In this document: one piece after another, positions 1-12,624 of the stretch
Layout of the letters: each line of letters opens with the position of its first letter
Position numbering within the stretch: position 1 is the stretch's first letter
Assembly: GCA_043228905.1 (NCBI GenBank)
Contig: JBHGNT010000013.1
Span: 17,236,001 to 17,300,000, forward strand
Reading direction: 5' to 3'
From: Azolla caroliniana
Taxonomy: Eukaryota > Plantae > Polypodiophyta
Length of the DNA stretch: 64,000 nt
The notes under the pieces: model-generated
Database searches by the model: none
Told to the model about the DNA's origin: nothing
Seen by the model: only the letters and a program-made list of their open reading frames with translations
Translations under genes and position numbers: made by a program

Positions 1-223
1 AATAATCTCACACATCACATTTGGGTACATTTTGCAATTACTTGTTTACATGTGCACTCAAGCACACGGAAGAAGCATGTGTTACAGTTATTTATCTGTT
101 CTTTCAATACTTAATCACATACACAATCATATGTGAATCTGTGTTGCAATTACTTTTTCCTTTCCATATTCACTCATAATCACATGGAAGAAACAAATAA
201 TACATTTATTCATCAATACTCAC

Positions 224-3200
224 ATGCTGCCTTTCATCCTCCATTGCCTCCATCTGTTTTAGGACAGCATTTAATTGTGATTGTACAAAATCCCTCTGTT
301 GCATTATTTTCCTCATTTCATCTTGCATCTAGATTATACAACACCACACTATGACAAAGTTAACATCTATGCAGGAGTAAAAGAATGCAACAGGAGCCAG
401 TAATAGAACTTAGCACAGATAAGTTGTACCTTTTGGATTTGTATCTCTTTCTCGAGCACCAATTCATCTGGAAAAGACTGCACTGGAAATGTAGAAAGCT
501 GTAACTTTGATTCAAGCAAAGCAACCTCTTTTTTCAGCTGCTTGATCAGATCTTTCTCTGAGATAACCTGAACATTCATGAGACCATATACTTTGAGAAA
601 TTACGGAAATTATATGTCAAGGAAACACTGTAGGGATTTGCATATAGTAATGTTATATATAGACTACAGATCCTCACCATGTTTACTTGGGCTCGATTTG
701 TGACCTCTTTTGCACAAGATGCAAAAAACAAAGTGTTTCGTGTCTGCTCAATGTGTCGATTTGATGGGCTTACCGTACAAATTACTGCTGTTCTTGCATT
801 ACCACCAAGCGAGTTTTGTAAAATTCGTGTTAGCTTCGAATCTCGAAAAGGAATATGACCTGATTTTGCTCTGTTTGACTCACTGCATCATCATGAGCAA
901 CATTATTGAAGGTATATACTATACTTGAATTTTTCAAATTCCACCAATGCATAGAAGCAGTGTTGAAATACCTGAGCTTCCGGATTACAGTACTTAAAGT
1001 TAGAAGACTACGATTGATATAACAACCTTCCTTTAGTCTAGTTCCATCAGATTGAGAAAGAGATGCACGTTCACTTCCTGCAAGATCAATGAAATTCTGT
1101 ACAGAAAATTTAATTTTTGTGGCAAAAAATACAAATATAGAGAAAACTTCGAAATACTGATAACTGGGGGGTCTATGCGAAAATAAAGGAAATCTCAGGG
1201 ATATTTCAGAGTTTTTCCCTATTATATATATATATATATATTATCATCAGTTAAATGTCTAGATTACTTGCAGATGGAGCCTAAACTTACCAAATATGCA
1301 ATGAGGGATTTTGCAGGCCTTTCATCCATCATCACTTGAGAATGGCTTTCAATCGTCTGACCAACAGGAGCAAAGAGACAGCAAATTACGTCAATAAGAG
1401 AGGAAAATATAGTCATTTATAACCGATGCAGTAAGTTTCCTTATTACAGAACATACCATTCTGATGATCTGATGAGATCTTGAGCTAATATCATTCATAG
1501 CTGTCTCTCCAACCTGCCTGTGAGCTACAAAAATGATGATCCATATATTTAATACTTGAACTAATGCTTAGAAGGGCCTTTACTAGGAACTGTCAAAATA
1601 AGTTACATACTCTCACAAAATGCGAGAAGGTTATGGAGATGATCTTTATCCTGCACAACTTTCTCTGTCAATCCCTCTACAACTGTTCCTTTCTGCAAAT
1701 GATATATGAATAGTCACTGGCATGTAGAGAGCATATTAAGAATGATAGATATGGAGTTTATTAGAAAAGAAGATGATTATCTTCCACCTCACAGAGGACA
1801 ATGTAAAATGAAAAGAGATTCTAGATTAGTTAGGTGAGGTGTGATATAGTTAACAGATTTTTCTTATCAGTATTGTCAGCTTGTTGGTTGATGTACATTT
1901 TTTAGATGATATTCACATACAAATCGATGAGGACAAGTCTTATCCGTATGTATAATCATTTGGCATATAATGAGTATGAACATACTCAAAACCTGAGAGT
2001 TGTGTTTAAAACAAAGAGAACCTTTCATAAAGAGGAATAGAACATAAATCTCGTTGGCTTCTTTGCATGCATTTTTATGATTATATACAAACTTCACAAA
2101 GATATTCCTGCCTATGGGAATATATCCAGCATAAAACCACACATTACAAACCTCAGGATCATCTAGCAGACGTAGTGGGCTGCTTTCTGGATTGAGAAGA
2201 TCATTGACGACCTCGTTATATATCTCCAGTGCAGAAAATTTAATAACAAATATCCTATCAGAATGCTGCAATAGAACATACACATGAGATAAATTACATA
2301 TGAGTCTATTAATACAGCTCATCCCCATTTCATATTAGAAATTGATGTAAAAAGACAATTGCACCTCGTTGACGTATCTAAAAATATCATCTGCAGCATT
2401 CTCTGTGATACCATGCATTGTGTAGGTCTTTCCACTGCTTGTCTGACCATATGCAAATACGGTGGCTGAAAGACAGAGAAGATATCTCATATAATTGTAC
2501 CGTCCATTACAATACTCGTTTACAGAAAAAAGATGTATTCACATATAAAATACATCCTGAAGAGATTTTTGTATTGAGGCATTCAGAGAAGCACTTACCA
2601 TTCTTCCCCATCAATGCTGAGAGGGCAACTTCTTTAGCACCTTTCTCATAAACTTCATTTGTTGATGCTTGAAGGTCAAAAACTTGGTCTGTAGAAATTC
2701 AGCAATAAATATTCAGCTGGAGAGCAAATACTTGCCATAACTGCCCAGGCAGTGCATATGAAACATATCAACAATGTACATATATGTTTACTTTTGTATA
2801 TGTTATTAACAGTTAAATGAATCTGCATCTCAACCCAGTTTTCTTAGTTTCTTAACATCAAAATCTTGGGAAATCCTTGTGTATAGAATTACCACAAAAG
2901 CATAAGTAATGTAAGTAAAATACATTGACATTCAAACCAAAAACCCCTGAGAAACTTGGATTTGGCAGATGATGAGAAGCACATCCAATGAAAATCTTTA
3001 AGAAAGTTAGTATCTATGGCTCTTTGTCCATGGTGTGTAAGTTGTTCCTTTCTACTTACATTTGAGTTAGTTTCCATTTACAACTTTCAATTGTAAAAAA
3101 CATTGAAAGAATTGGACCAGTTGGCACAAACGCTGAATGGATGCTAAATTATGGGAAAAAGAGCAATGCAAGAAAAATGTCCATACACATAGAGCTGACA

Positions 3201-3970
3201 CAAATTCATGGTTGTGATGGCGTAACTGTTCCAAAGATGCCAAATCATGAAAGAAGAGCAATGCAAGAAAAAATAGAGAGCTCCTCATAGACATCAAATG
3301 GAAGAAAATCAGGTTGATGATCTAAAGATGCTACATTGGGGGGGAAAGGAGCAATGCAAGACCTATGTAGAGCTCACTATAGGTCTAAAGATGTTAAATT
3401 ATGGAAGCAAAAAAACGATACATTTAGAGCGCACCAGACATAGATCTCAAAGAAGCTCATTGGCATGAGTGCTCTTAAAATGAACACAATGTTGAATTAA
3501 AATTAGCTAAGAAGGACAAAATGTCAACTGAGAATCACCACAGACATAGAATTGAGGAAAATTAATTGGCACAGAGTGCTTTAAATTTGAACGCATGCTG
3601 AAGATTATGAATTATGATGAGCAATGCAGGACAAAATGTAGGTAGAGAAGCTTTCCACAGACATAGAAGTGAGGGAAATTCATAGGCACGTGCACTCTAA
3701 GGAAGAATATATGCTGTAAATAATGAAAGAAGAAGAGCAATGGAATATAAAAAATGTAGGAAGAGAGCGAAGCTCACCATAGACATAGAATTGAGGGAAA
3801 CAAGTTGTGTTGTATGCGACATGATGAGCAACAGTTTTCTCATTCACACACTTCCACGCGTAGAAGTCATTATTGCTCACTTCTTTGTCAGTGAGTGGTC
3901 TGAGACGAACAGTAACAAGGATCTTCTCTTCTAATAAGCCCTTGCTTTTACCACATTGCCCTTGTTCCAT
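224..3970 (-). CDS. Kinesin-7 (NACK1/CENP-E-like) motor protein, at least 11 coding exons; 3' end uncertain
   Basis: GT-AG exons 3970-3778, 2688-2599, 2465-2365, 2265-2152, 1692-1611, 1524-1457, 1356-1291, 1096-972, 882-678, 567-430 and 328-224 splice in frame (429 codons). Motifs: [13 protein letters not shown]-loop [39 protein letters not shown], then coiled-coil neck [22 protein letters not shown]. The ATG at 3970 is the best candidate, not proven. Confidence 0.92.
3155..3800. repeat. Degenerate direct repeats in kinesin intron 1
   Basis: Recurrent GAGCAATGCAAG...AGCTC...CATAGACAT(AGAA)TGAGG units near 3160, 3255, 3348, 3530, 3619 and 3733. Confidence 0.7.
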
Positions 3971-5682
3971 CAGGAATATAATTAATAGATAAGAATGACT
4001 ACACAAGAGATTATTATTTCACTCGGATTAGTTGCAGAAAGGAATTCCTTTTACTAATACAGCTATTGATATTGATTCTTTTCTTTAGGGCTGTTGACAT
4101 TATCCGATCATAATCAGATAAGATTGATGGAGCACATCGACAAATTTAGATGTGATGTGCTTGTTACTGTAACGGATTATGAATTCTCATTAAAATACTA
4201 CGCACTAGTGTGGTGAGATGATGATGATGACGAAGATGAAGATGAAGATGTTGAAGATATTGATGATGAAGATGAAGATGGAGATGAAGATGAAGATGGG
4301 GATGTTGATTTTGATTTTGATTTTGATGGTGATGACCAACAGTACCAAGACTGTGTTCTTGAAGAAAAGGCTAAATCTTTGCAGATTACGAGTTCGGAAA
4401 GGTGAGGAAGCCAGAAACGTATGAGGTCGTAAAGTAACTAATTGTGGTCGTAAAGTTGAGAACACCAGAAACGTATGAGCTTGTAAAAGTAGCGACGACG
4501 AGCAGAAATCTGAATACTTGCGTCGATGATCTTAGAGAAGGTTAAGCAACAAAAAAAGAACAGCGGAATTGAGAGAAAATCGGCACAAATAAACATCCAG
4601 CGTTTCTGATTCTGAAGTATAACAACGAGAAAAGAATTGCCGAGGAAACCCTCCTGTTTCTCTTATTATCATCATCTTCTTCTTTTTCTTCTGAGTCAGA
4701 ACATCAAAGGCATGGAAATGACTCGCATGCCGAAGCTCTGCGTTTCATTCCGAGGAACATTTTGAGGAAAGTCTCCCTTTTCCTTGTGTCTTGCTTCAAA
4801 GGTACTGAAAACGTTCCTTATTCGAGAAATAAGGTCTCAATTCTGTTGAGAGATGAAGAAACAGGAAGAGATTCTCTTGCGAGATGAAGAAACGTCACAA
4901 AAATTGTGGAAGTTCTGAACGATGGAGACAAAATAACTTCTCCTCTTCACCCTAAACCCTAAGATAAAGGCAAGAAAGTGTAAGTATAACCTACCGTTTC
5001 TGATCCTGTGTCAGATAAACAGGAAAGAAGCTTCCAAATCTCGAAGATAATGAAACAGAAACAGAAACAAATCTGGTTTCTGATCCTGTACCAGAATTAC
5101 ACATGGCCTTTCCTGAATGGAGTCGAAATAAACCCTAATTATTATTACTACTATACTCCGAGCTCAAGAAACGCTCCTGTTTCTCTTCTCCTGTCTCCGT
5201 GGGAAATAATGGCAGATAAAAGAGGCAGCTTAGAGAGGATATAGACAGAGATTTAATGTTTTAGATGCTAGTTCTGAAAAATCCATGGATATATACTTTT
5301 TGAGTTCGCGTACACCGAGAGAAAATGCAGAGAGAACTGAGGAATTAGCACTGGAATTTGATTCAATGGTGGAACTGATGATGATGTGATAATAATGGGG
5401 ATCATGACTATCAGAATGTCGTAGCAGAAGCGAAACTTTAGAATCTAATAATCTGATAATAGAATAATAATAATAACTGCGAAGATGAAATTCCGCAGAG
5501 GATTGAGAAATTAGCAATGGAGCTCGACTCGATGGTGGAATTGGAAATGATGATGAATGATGACAACTATCAGAATGTTGGAGCAGAAACGAGTCGTCAC
5601 ACTCCAATGATAATCTGTGAATGGGAAGATGAACAAGAAGGAGAGAATGAGGAGAAGAAACAGAGGGGAGGAGGAGTTGCAA

Positions 5683-5729
5683 TTAGGGTTAGGGTTAGGG
5701 ATATGGCTATGGCTATGGCTATGGCTATG
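5683..5729 (+). repeat. (TTAGGG)3 followed by (ATGGCT)n microsatellite upstream of the kinesin
   Basis: Read directly at 5683-5700 and about 5703-5729. Confidence 0.85.
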
Positions 5730-6582
5730 GCGTGCGCTGTCCTCTTGCCTTTCTATGTCAGTCAGTTTGTCTGTCTCTCTCTCTCTTCTCTCTCTTCTCT
5801 CGTTCTTGCTCTCTCTCTCTAGAAACAGATGCAAAAGGCGGTACCGCACCTAATCAAAGATTAGTGTAACTAATCCTTTCGCTTAGCGCGGCTAATACTT
5901 TGAATTAGTGCAGCTAATCCGTCCAATTAGCCCCCTATTCATCCATTTTGAGTCTTTAATTCGTTTCCTAATTAAGCTTATTTCTTTCCTTAATTAAGGC
6001 CCAGAACCTTGGTCTATTTTTACGTTTTTGGTAATCCATTTATTTCTAATTAGCATTTTTCTCTGTCCCTTGAATTTGATTGATTGATTTATTATATTAT
6101 ATTTTCTTTATAAACCCAATAATTAATTAGCTAATTTTCTTGGTTTCTCATATTATCTAGTGAACGTCTTTCTTTTCTTTAATTATTTTTCTTTAAACGT
6201 ATTTATTTAATTAAAATATTATTTTAAATCCATCATGTGTTTTTTTTTCTCCTGTATTCATTTAAATTAAGACTTTTTCGCCACTCAATTTATTTAATTA
6301 AGCTCTTTATCCATTTTATCCTTTTTTAAAAAGAAATCTATACATACATACATACATATATTTATTTATTTTTTCATATTTGAAGGATCTCTTCGCCATC
6401 AAATTGTCAATTAATGAAAGGGCTTTTTGGCTTAATTAAAAAATTTTAAATTATTTTCTTCTTTAATTATTAATTCTAGAATTTTAAGCTTAAATAACTA
6501 GGATTACTGACATGTTTGAATCTATTTCTAATTTTTCTTTTTCTTTTTCATTGTCGATATTTTAATCTATTCAATAATGATT

Positions 6583-6800
6583 TAACCCTAGTTAATTAAT
6601 CTATTCGTTATGCTCATATGCATTAATCCTAGTTATTTAATCCTAGAAATAGATTCAATAATCCTAGTTATTTAATCTATTCGTTATGATCATATTCAAT
6701 AATCCTAGTTATTTAATCTATTCGTTATGCTCATATTCAATAATCCTAGTTATTTAATCTATTCGTTATGCTCATATCCATTAATCCTAGTTGTTTAATC
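6583..6800 (+). repeat. 41-bp minisatellite, about 5 copies
   Basis: Unit TAATCCTAGTTATTTAATCTATTCGTTATGCTCATATTCAA in tandem, with one truncated copy. Confidence 0.9.
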
Positions 6801-7254
6801 CGAGGATGAGGAGGATTATCAGTAGCTTTGTTATGAGCTACTGTGGCCATATCCATTAAGCCAACTTGAAGAGACAATGTTGGGTGAGTCATAAACCCAT
6901 GACATAATTGGCTCATAGTATTGGAACACAAAGGAGAGATGGAATGTGATAGTTAGTGCAAATATCTATCAAGTTTGGCCATATTCATCAAGGATTTTCC
7001 CCCAATAGTTCTTTCTCAACTCAAACGATTGTTTTAATATGCCGAGTATTCTTTGGGCACATGTATATTTCCTTGTACCACTTGTTGTGAGTTCCCTGGT
7101 CTTATAAATGAAGGAAACCCATGAGGGAATCATTAGTTCCCTACAACCTTAGAATTATCAATATGGCTCCTTAATCTCCTTTTTAGAATGCTTATATAAT
7201 AAAGCTACTTGAATTAATGGCACATTTGAAGAGTTGCATAATCTAATAACACTC

Positions 7255-8015
7255 CATGAGTCACTGTGAGATGAACTAATGATCCGAGTTTGATAATCCA
7301 TTTCTAGACATGTTTGCAGTTTTAATGGCCCTAGTGACTAGATATCTAACACATTTTGCCTCTCCATTTTCTCAAGGAGTGTGGTCTCAAAGAGCTTTTT
7401 ATGCATTAGCTGTTTGAGTGGAAAGTTCTCCTAAATTATGGTCCAATACGACTTCAAGGGAGTTCATCTCCTTACAAGGTAGAGAAATAATGAAGTAGAT
7501 AGATAATTTATCTAAGAATTAGTATGAAAGATATCTTCAACAAACTACTTTATGGTCGGTTGAATCCATGGAAGCTTGGTTTATACATTTCTAGTGGTAT
7601 TCACTCTGGGTATAATTTTTTCGCCATTTTTTTTCAAGAACCACCCAAAGTGTCCACCAAGGAAAAGTGACATTCTATCTATAGATACTCAAAAACAAAA
7701 CATGAGTACTTGTTTTCATCACTAGCATTGGTGGACTCACAGAAGAAGAGGTATGACTAGTTGGAGACCTTCCTAAGTTGTTTTCCAAGAATGTCTCTCG
7801 ATCTAACTAATCTTCGTGTTCCTCCGAGCTCTTTAAGACCACATAAAAATAATTTGTCAAAGAGTAACACATAAAACGAAGTTCTTTGAGACCACGCACC
7901 TTGAGAAAACAGACGGTGAAATGTTGAGAAGTAAGATGTATTGGATTTCTTGTCAATAGAACCAAAAATTTACAAACATGTCCAAAAATAAATTATCAAC
8001 CTTGGGTTAGAAGTG
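7255..8015. repeat. Imperfect inverted repeat (arms about 7255-7420 and 7855-8015); possible foldback/MITE relic
   Basis: TTCTCAAGGAGTGTGGTCTCAAAGA at 7369 matches the reverse complement of TCTTTGAGACCACGCACCTTGAGAA near 7883. TTGATAAT...GACATGTTTG is mirrored near 7970-8000. Confidence 0.7.
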
Positions 8016-10999
8016 AAAACGCTAGAAGTGCATAGACGTGTAGGTCACTATGGCTTGTTGACCCATACGTAGAAGACAACATTGTTCAAAACCAACAAGG
8101 ATCTATGGTCCATTTGTTGGATGTCGTAACAATGAGTTCTACTTCCTTTATTTGTCACCTCACCTTCTATGGAATCACATCATTTAAATAGTTTTATTGT
8201 CAAACACTTTTGAACACAATCACATTTGACATAATCTCTAGTGGCACTTTCATGTATGTGTGTTTAACTGAGTGTGACCATCTTCTATGCATTTGTTCAA
8301 CATTTTAACTCTAAGAGGCAATCTAGCATTTCAACAAAAAGCATAGTTTAAAAAGCCTTGAAACTAGGAAATGTAAGCCAAATTACCCAAACTCAATCTA
8401 TGAAGTGACGTGTTATTGATACTTTGAATTGTTATTTATCAATAGCTCTTATGAGATTACAGTTTAAGAGGATATAGAAAATGAACCTTAATTATGGAAT
8501 CTACTAGAATGCCATCAATTCAAGCGTAGATCTAGTTATCGTTTGAGTTGAGTAAGCGCAATGTTGAATTAAGTTATCTTGCAAGTAGTTGGGGTTGCTA
8601 GAACCTATAATTATTCAATTAGTTGGGATTTTATGAGGAGCTAATTGGTGTGTTTTTGGGATTTGATTGGAGTTTATTACCATTTGACAAACGTGGTAGG
8701 TGCTATGGTGTAGCGATTGGAGTGTTACCACTTGATTAAGAGTGATTAACCATTTTTATTTTAGTTCCATAATCATATTATTTGTTAAAGGCAAAAGACT
8801 CAAAATTTAGACAGAATTTCTCAAATCAATTATTGTATATTGGTCATCTTCATTCCTCTTACGAAGTTTGATTACTTTCATTGTTGTGTTTATAAATAAA
8901 AGGGGTAGTGTGCCATATTGAATCATTTACCTGTAATATCTCATGTTAGAGTGGCGTGTCCATATCATTAGTGATGGGAGTGGTAAAGTTATGCTAAAAA
9001 GTGACACGCTACGGAACTTTGATGGCTCTTGCAATTTACAAAAGAAAGTTTTGGTGTGTGAGTGCCTTGTATCAAAAGATAAGACATGCTTGTATCACGC
9101 TGTTGGGCGATGTTTTGTACTTGGGTTAAGCAACCCAATGAAGTAAACGATGTGTCAATCACTTTTTGGAGAGTTGAGAATTAGCTTATTGGTTGACTAA
9201 TTGATTGTACAACTAAACTTAACTACTCTTGCCTTTTATTTTTGTAGTCTTATTTGCAAAATGGTGCGCGGAACTTTAGGATCCTACCTTGTTGTCACTT
9301 TTTAAAGTAAACATTTTCTCGATAAACATGCACACATAACAAGTCGTCTATTGTTTTTTCTCAAACTTGAATATATCGGGTGCAATCTTGTGTGCATCTC
9401 TCAATCACTTGCACATGTAATAGGAAAACCTAACTATGTTTTTGGCGCCTTTTTAATATGTACGTATAAATATCCATAATCCCAAAATGCTTTAACTCTA
9501 GCCATTAATTTGTCGGCCTAAAAAGTTTACTTGTAGCATATTCAAATGTTCTCTGATGTTTCTTCCATTCTTGTGTTATTTTCTATTGCATATGCTCAAT
9601 AATATTTTGAATCCCATTCTAGAATCCAAACAATATGGCACCTCGATAGATGAACGTTTTGCCACTTGTCTCTTAATTTTCATGAAAGAAGCTTATCAAC
9701 ACAAATATTTAATGTAAGTTGTACGATTGTCTACTTGTAGTTGGACTACTCATTATGTTGTCCTTCCTTTTAAAATTTCTTTAGTCTATGTTTCAAGGCA
9801 TAGACTAAGCATGAACTTCATATTTCAATGTGATGGTAGTCTTGATCCCGTGATTTCATATAGTATCAAAGGAGACCTCCTTTACGAAGTAAAAAAAAGA
9901 AGCTCCTTGCAACTATGACTAGTAGTGTGTACTTAATGGTGTCAAAATGTCATCTTAATGATAATGGATCATTACATTTTGTCAGTATTTCCTTTAATAA
10001 TGTATTGTTGTCATTTTCAACCCATGAATCATGATGTTTGTAAAACTATATTTAAAAGAGACAACTTTCAAATTGAAAAACATGGACTCGTAGAACGAGA
10101 AGTTTCTCAACTCTTGAGTTGCAAGAAATGAATTCGTAAAACCAACTCGTAAAGAGATACAAGTTTGAAGTTGAATCAATTTGAAAAGCCAAATTTTTTT
10201 GGCAAACTAAGTGTTAGTTTACTTAATCATCTTAAAGTAAAAAATGGAAATATTTATGTAATGCATATAACATCTATATGTTGTTCTTTACACTTTAACA
10301 CACCCACTCTCATGTAAGATTACATTATTCATCGCGAAACACTGGTGCCGATACCAATGCTTGTGAAGACTTGCCCTTAGGTTATATGGTTGGTGATGCT
10401 TCACTAATTACATGTTAACTACTCGCTACATCTCTTTAGCCTTAATTTAGAGCATCTTAGGGAATATGTGAGGATATAGAAGGATTTTTATTGGACGTGC
10501 CTCATTACTAGCCCTAATGGGTGTTCACTCATCCTCAACTTTGAGTGGAGCTTCATGTTGGTAAAGTACATGTGGAATTGAGTTGTAGTTCTTATTGTTC
10601 AAAAATTTTCCTAATAGAGTGATCCGGAGTGGACATTGTGATTGTGAGAGGAATGTGTGCGTAGGGAATGGATTGAATGGGCAAGGTTTGGAACACAAAC
10701 TCGAATGTAGTTGAATGCAAGACATTATAACAAAGTGTAATGCTTTGATTCCCAAACTTATTCAACGGAAAATATATATAGTCAATACGTCTCCTCACAT
10801 GTGCCCCGGCCCCCAATACCTCATTTCACCACACTTTAGTGGATGTCTCTCCTATTTGGAGCGCCATTTATTTGTGACAAATTGGATTTTGGAAATCACC
10901 ATTGTTTCCATCATTAAATTTGTTAGTGCCAATGATATTTATCATCAGATGGAGATTTTTCTATATGAGGCATCATGAAGCATGTGTAACACGACATAA

Positions 11000-12620
11000 C
11001 TTCCAAACCATTTATGCATATTTTCAATCCAGTCTTGCCACTTTTCATTATGCTTTGACAATCACCATGACTAGTTATTTTTCATCTAATAGCATAATGT
11101 TTGATAAGGAAGCTCCAAAAGAAACCAAAGACAAGTGAAGTTGATAGCCAAGAGCATGGCCTAGATATGGTGTTGAAACAATCTAAACCATGACTAGTTA
11201 TTTTTCGCCTCATAACTTAATGGTTGATAAGGAAGCTCCAAAAGAACCAAAAACAAATGAAGTTGGTAGCCAAGAGCATGACATGGATATGGTGTTGAAA
11301 CAATCTATGCCATGCTCTTCATATTGAAGTAATGGATTGATGATAGAGAATGGGATGGGCTCCATGATGTATCAAGGTCTGCATTTTCCCCATTTGATGA
11401 AGAAAATGGTTTTCTAGTCATGTGTGAACCATGTGCCTCCACATTTTTTCCATGTCATGATACATCAGGGTTGCAAAAAGGCGTCGTTCACAAAGGAATT
11501 TATTCATGCATCATGAAGCAAGCGTGTTGCATCGTATCATCCAAACCATTTGTTCATATATTGCAACCAGCTGGAACACAAATTTTTGCTTTTATGTGTT
11601 TTTTGGATCTTTTGACTTGTTTCACATGTGATTCTAGGCAACCAATGTGAGAGACTTTTTTGAGCCTCGAGCATGTACTCAACCATTTCCATGATTATGA
11701 TCTGGACGGGAAATGTGGACCCATCACAAAAAGTAGGAGGGTGTATGGTGTTTGTTTGTGAATTGGAGAAAGCTTGTAAGAAAAAGCTTTTGGACATCTT
11801 TCAAACTCTTTCTCAACAACCTTAGGTATGCTATCATCCCACACTTCCACCCCATAAAGAAGCATCAATGTCACCTAAAGTGTTTAAAGTTATTTCTTGA
11901 GAACCCAACATTTTATTTCTCCGCCATTACATATGTTTTCAAATGCATGATATGCTCTCTTTCACAATTCAACGTGGAGATAGCACATTCATTCAATTTA
12001 TGATTTGAAGAAACTTTTGAAGAAACTTTGATGCCAAGGTACTTAAATCTTGAACCACAATTTGAAGTGGTTAATTGTACATAATACATGTTTTATCCTT
12101 ATTTTGGCTCTTCATGATTGCAATAGTAGTTTTAGATCTATTGAACTCAACTTAGTATGCATACAAGACTCTTCCAATGCCTCATGAGCTTTTGTGCATC
12201 TCCTAAAGTATTCGCATCATTGCATACAAAAAAAACATGATGATTACATTCCTAATGACCAACTTTTGTTGTAATTGATCAATGTATAAACAAAATAGAG
12301 TTGGTGAGAGTGGGTGTCTTTTCTTAACACCAGTAGTGCAATTGAAAAAAAACTGAAATTACATCGCCCATATGCACACAACATATAACCTTCTAATTGA
12401 TTTGAGAAATAGCAGAAATACATTTGATTGGTACAATGTGTTCTTCACGTGCCACCAAAGATGTGAATGAGGTACCATATCAAAAGCTTTATGTTACTTT
12501 ACAATAACCATGCGCAATCCTTGACTCGAGACTTAGGTCTTTCTAAAAAGAGATAATGTATGGACCAAGATGTTGATAAGTCACTTATGTTAGTTCATAC
12601 AGGAATGTATGGTTTGTTGG
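11000..12620 (-). mobile_element. Decayed non-LTR retrotransposon (LINE) reverse-transcriptase region
   Basis: Minus-strand RT motifs KAFDMVPH (about 12480), GVKKRHPLSPTLFCLYIDQL (about 12300) and RFKYLGI (about 12040), broken by stops and frameshifts. Boundaries are approximate. Confidence 0.75.
11064..11306 (+). repeat. About 122-bp tandem duplication in the LINE 3' part
   Basis: ACCATGACTAGTTATTTTTC...ATATGGTGTTGAAACAATCTA occurs twice in tandem. Confidence 0.85.
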
Positions 12621-12624
12621 ACTT

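Noticed and set aside
4205-4465. ORFs on both strands (86 and 68 aa)
   Set aside because: Products of GAT/GAA microsatellites; no domain.
5230-5853. Overlapping 78-150 aa ORFs
   Set aside because: Low-complexity and repeat-derived; no homology signal.
6583-6800. CRISPR-like array
   Set aside because: No unique spacers and a eukaryotic context; it is a simple minisatellite.
8699-8760. GGTGCTATGGTGTAGCG resembling a tRNA 5' end
   Set aside because: No B box or T arm at the expected distance.
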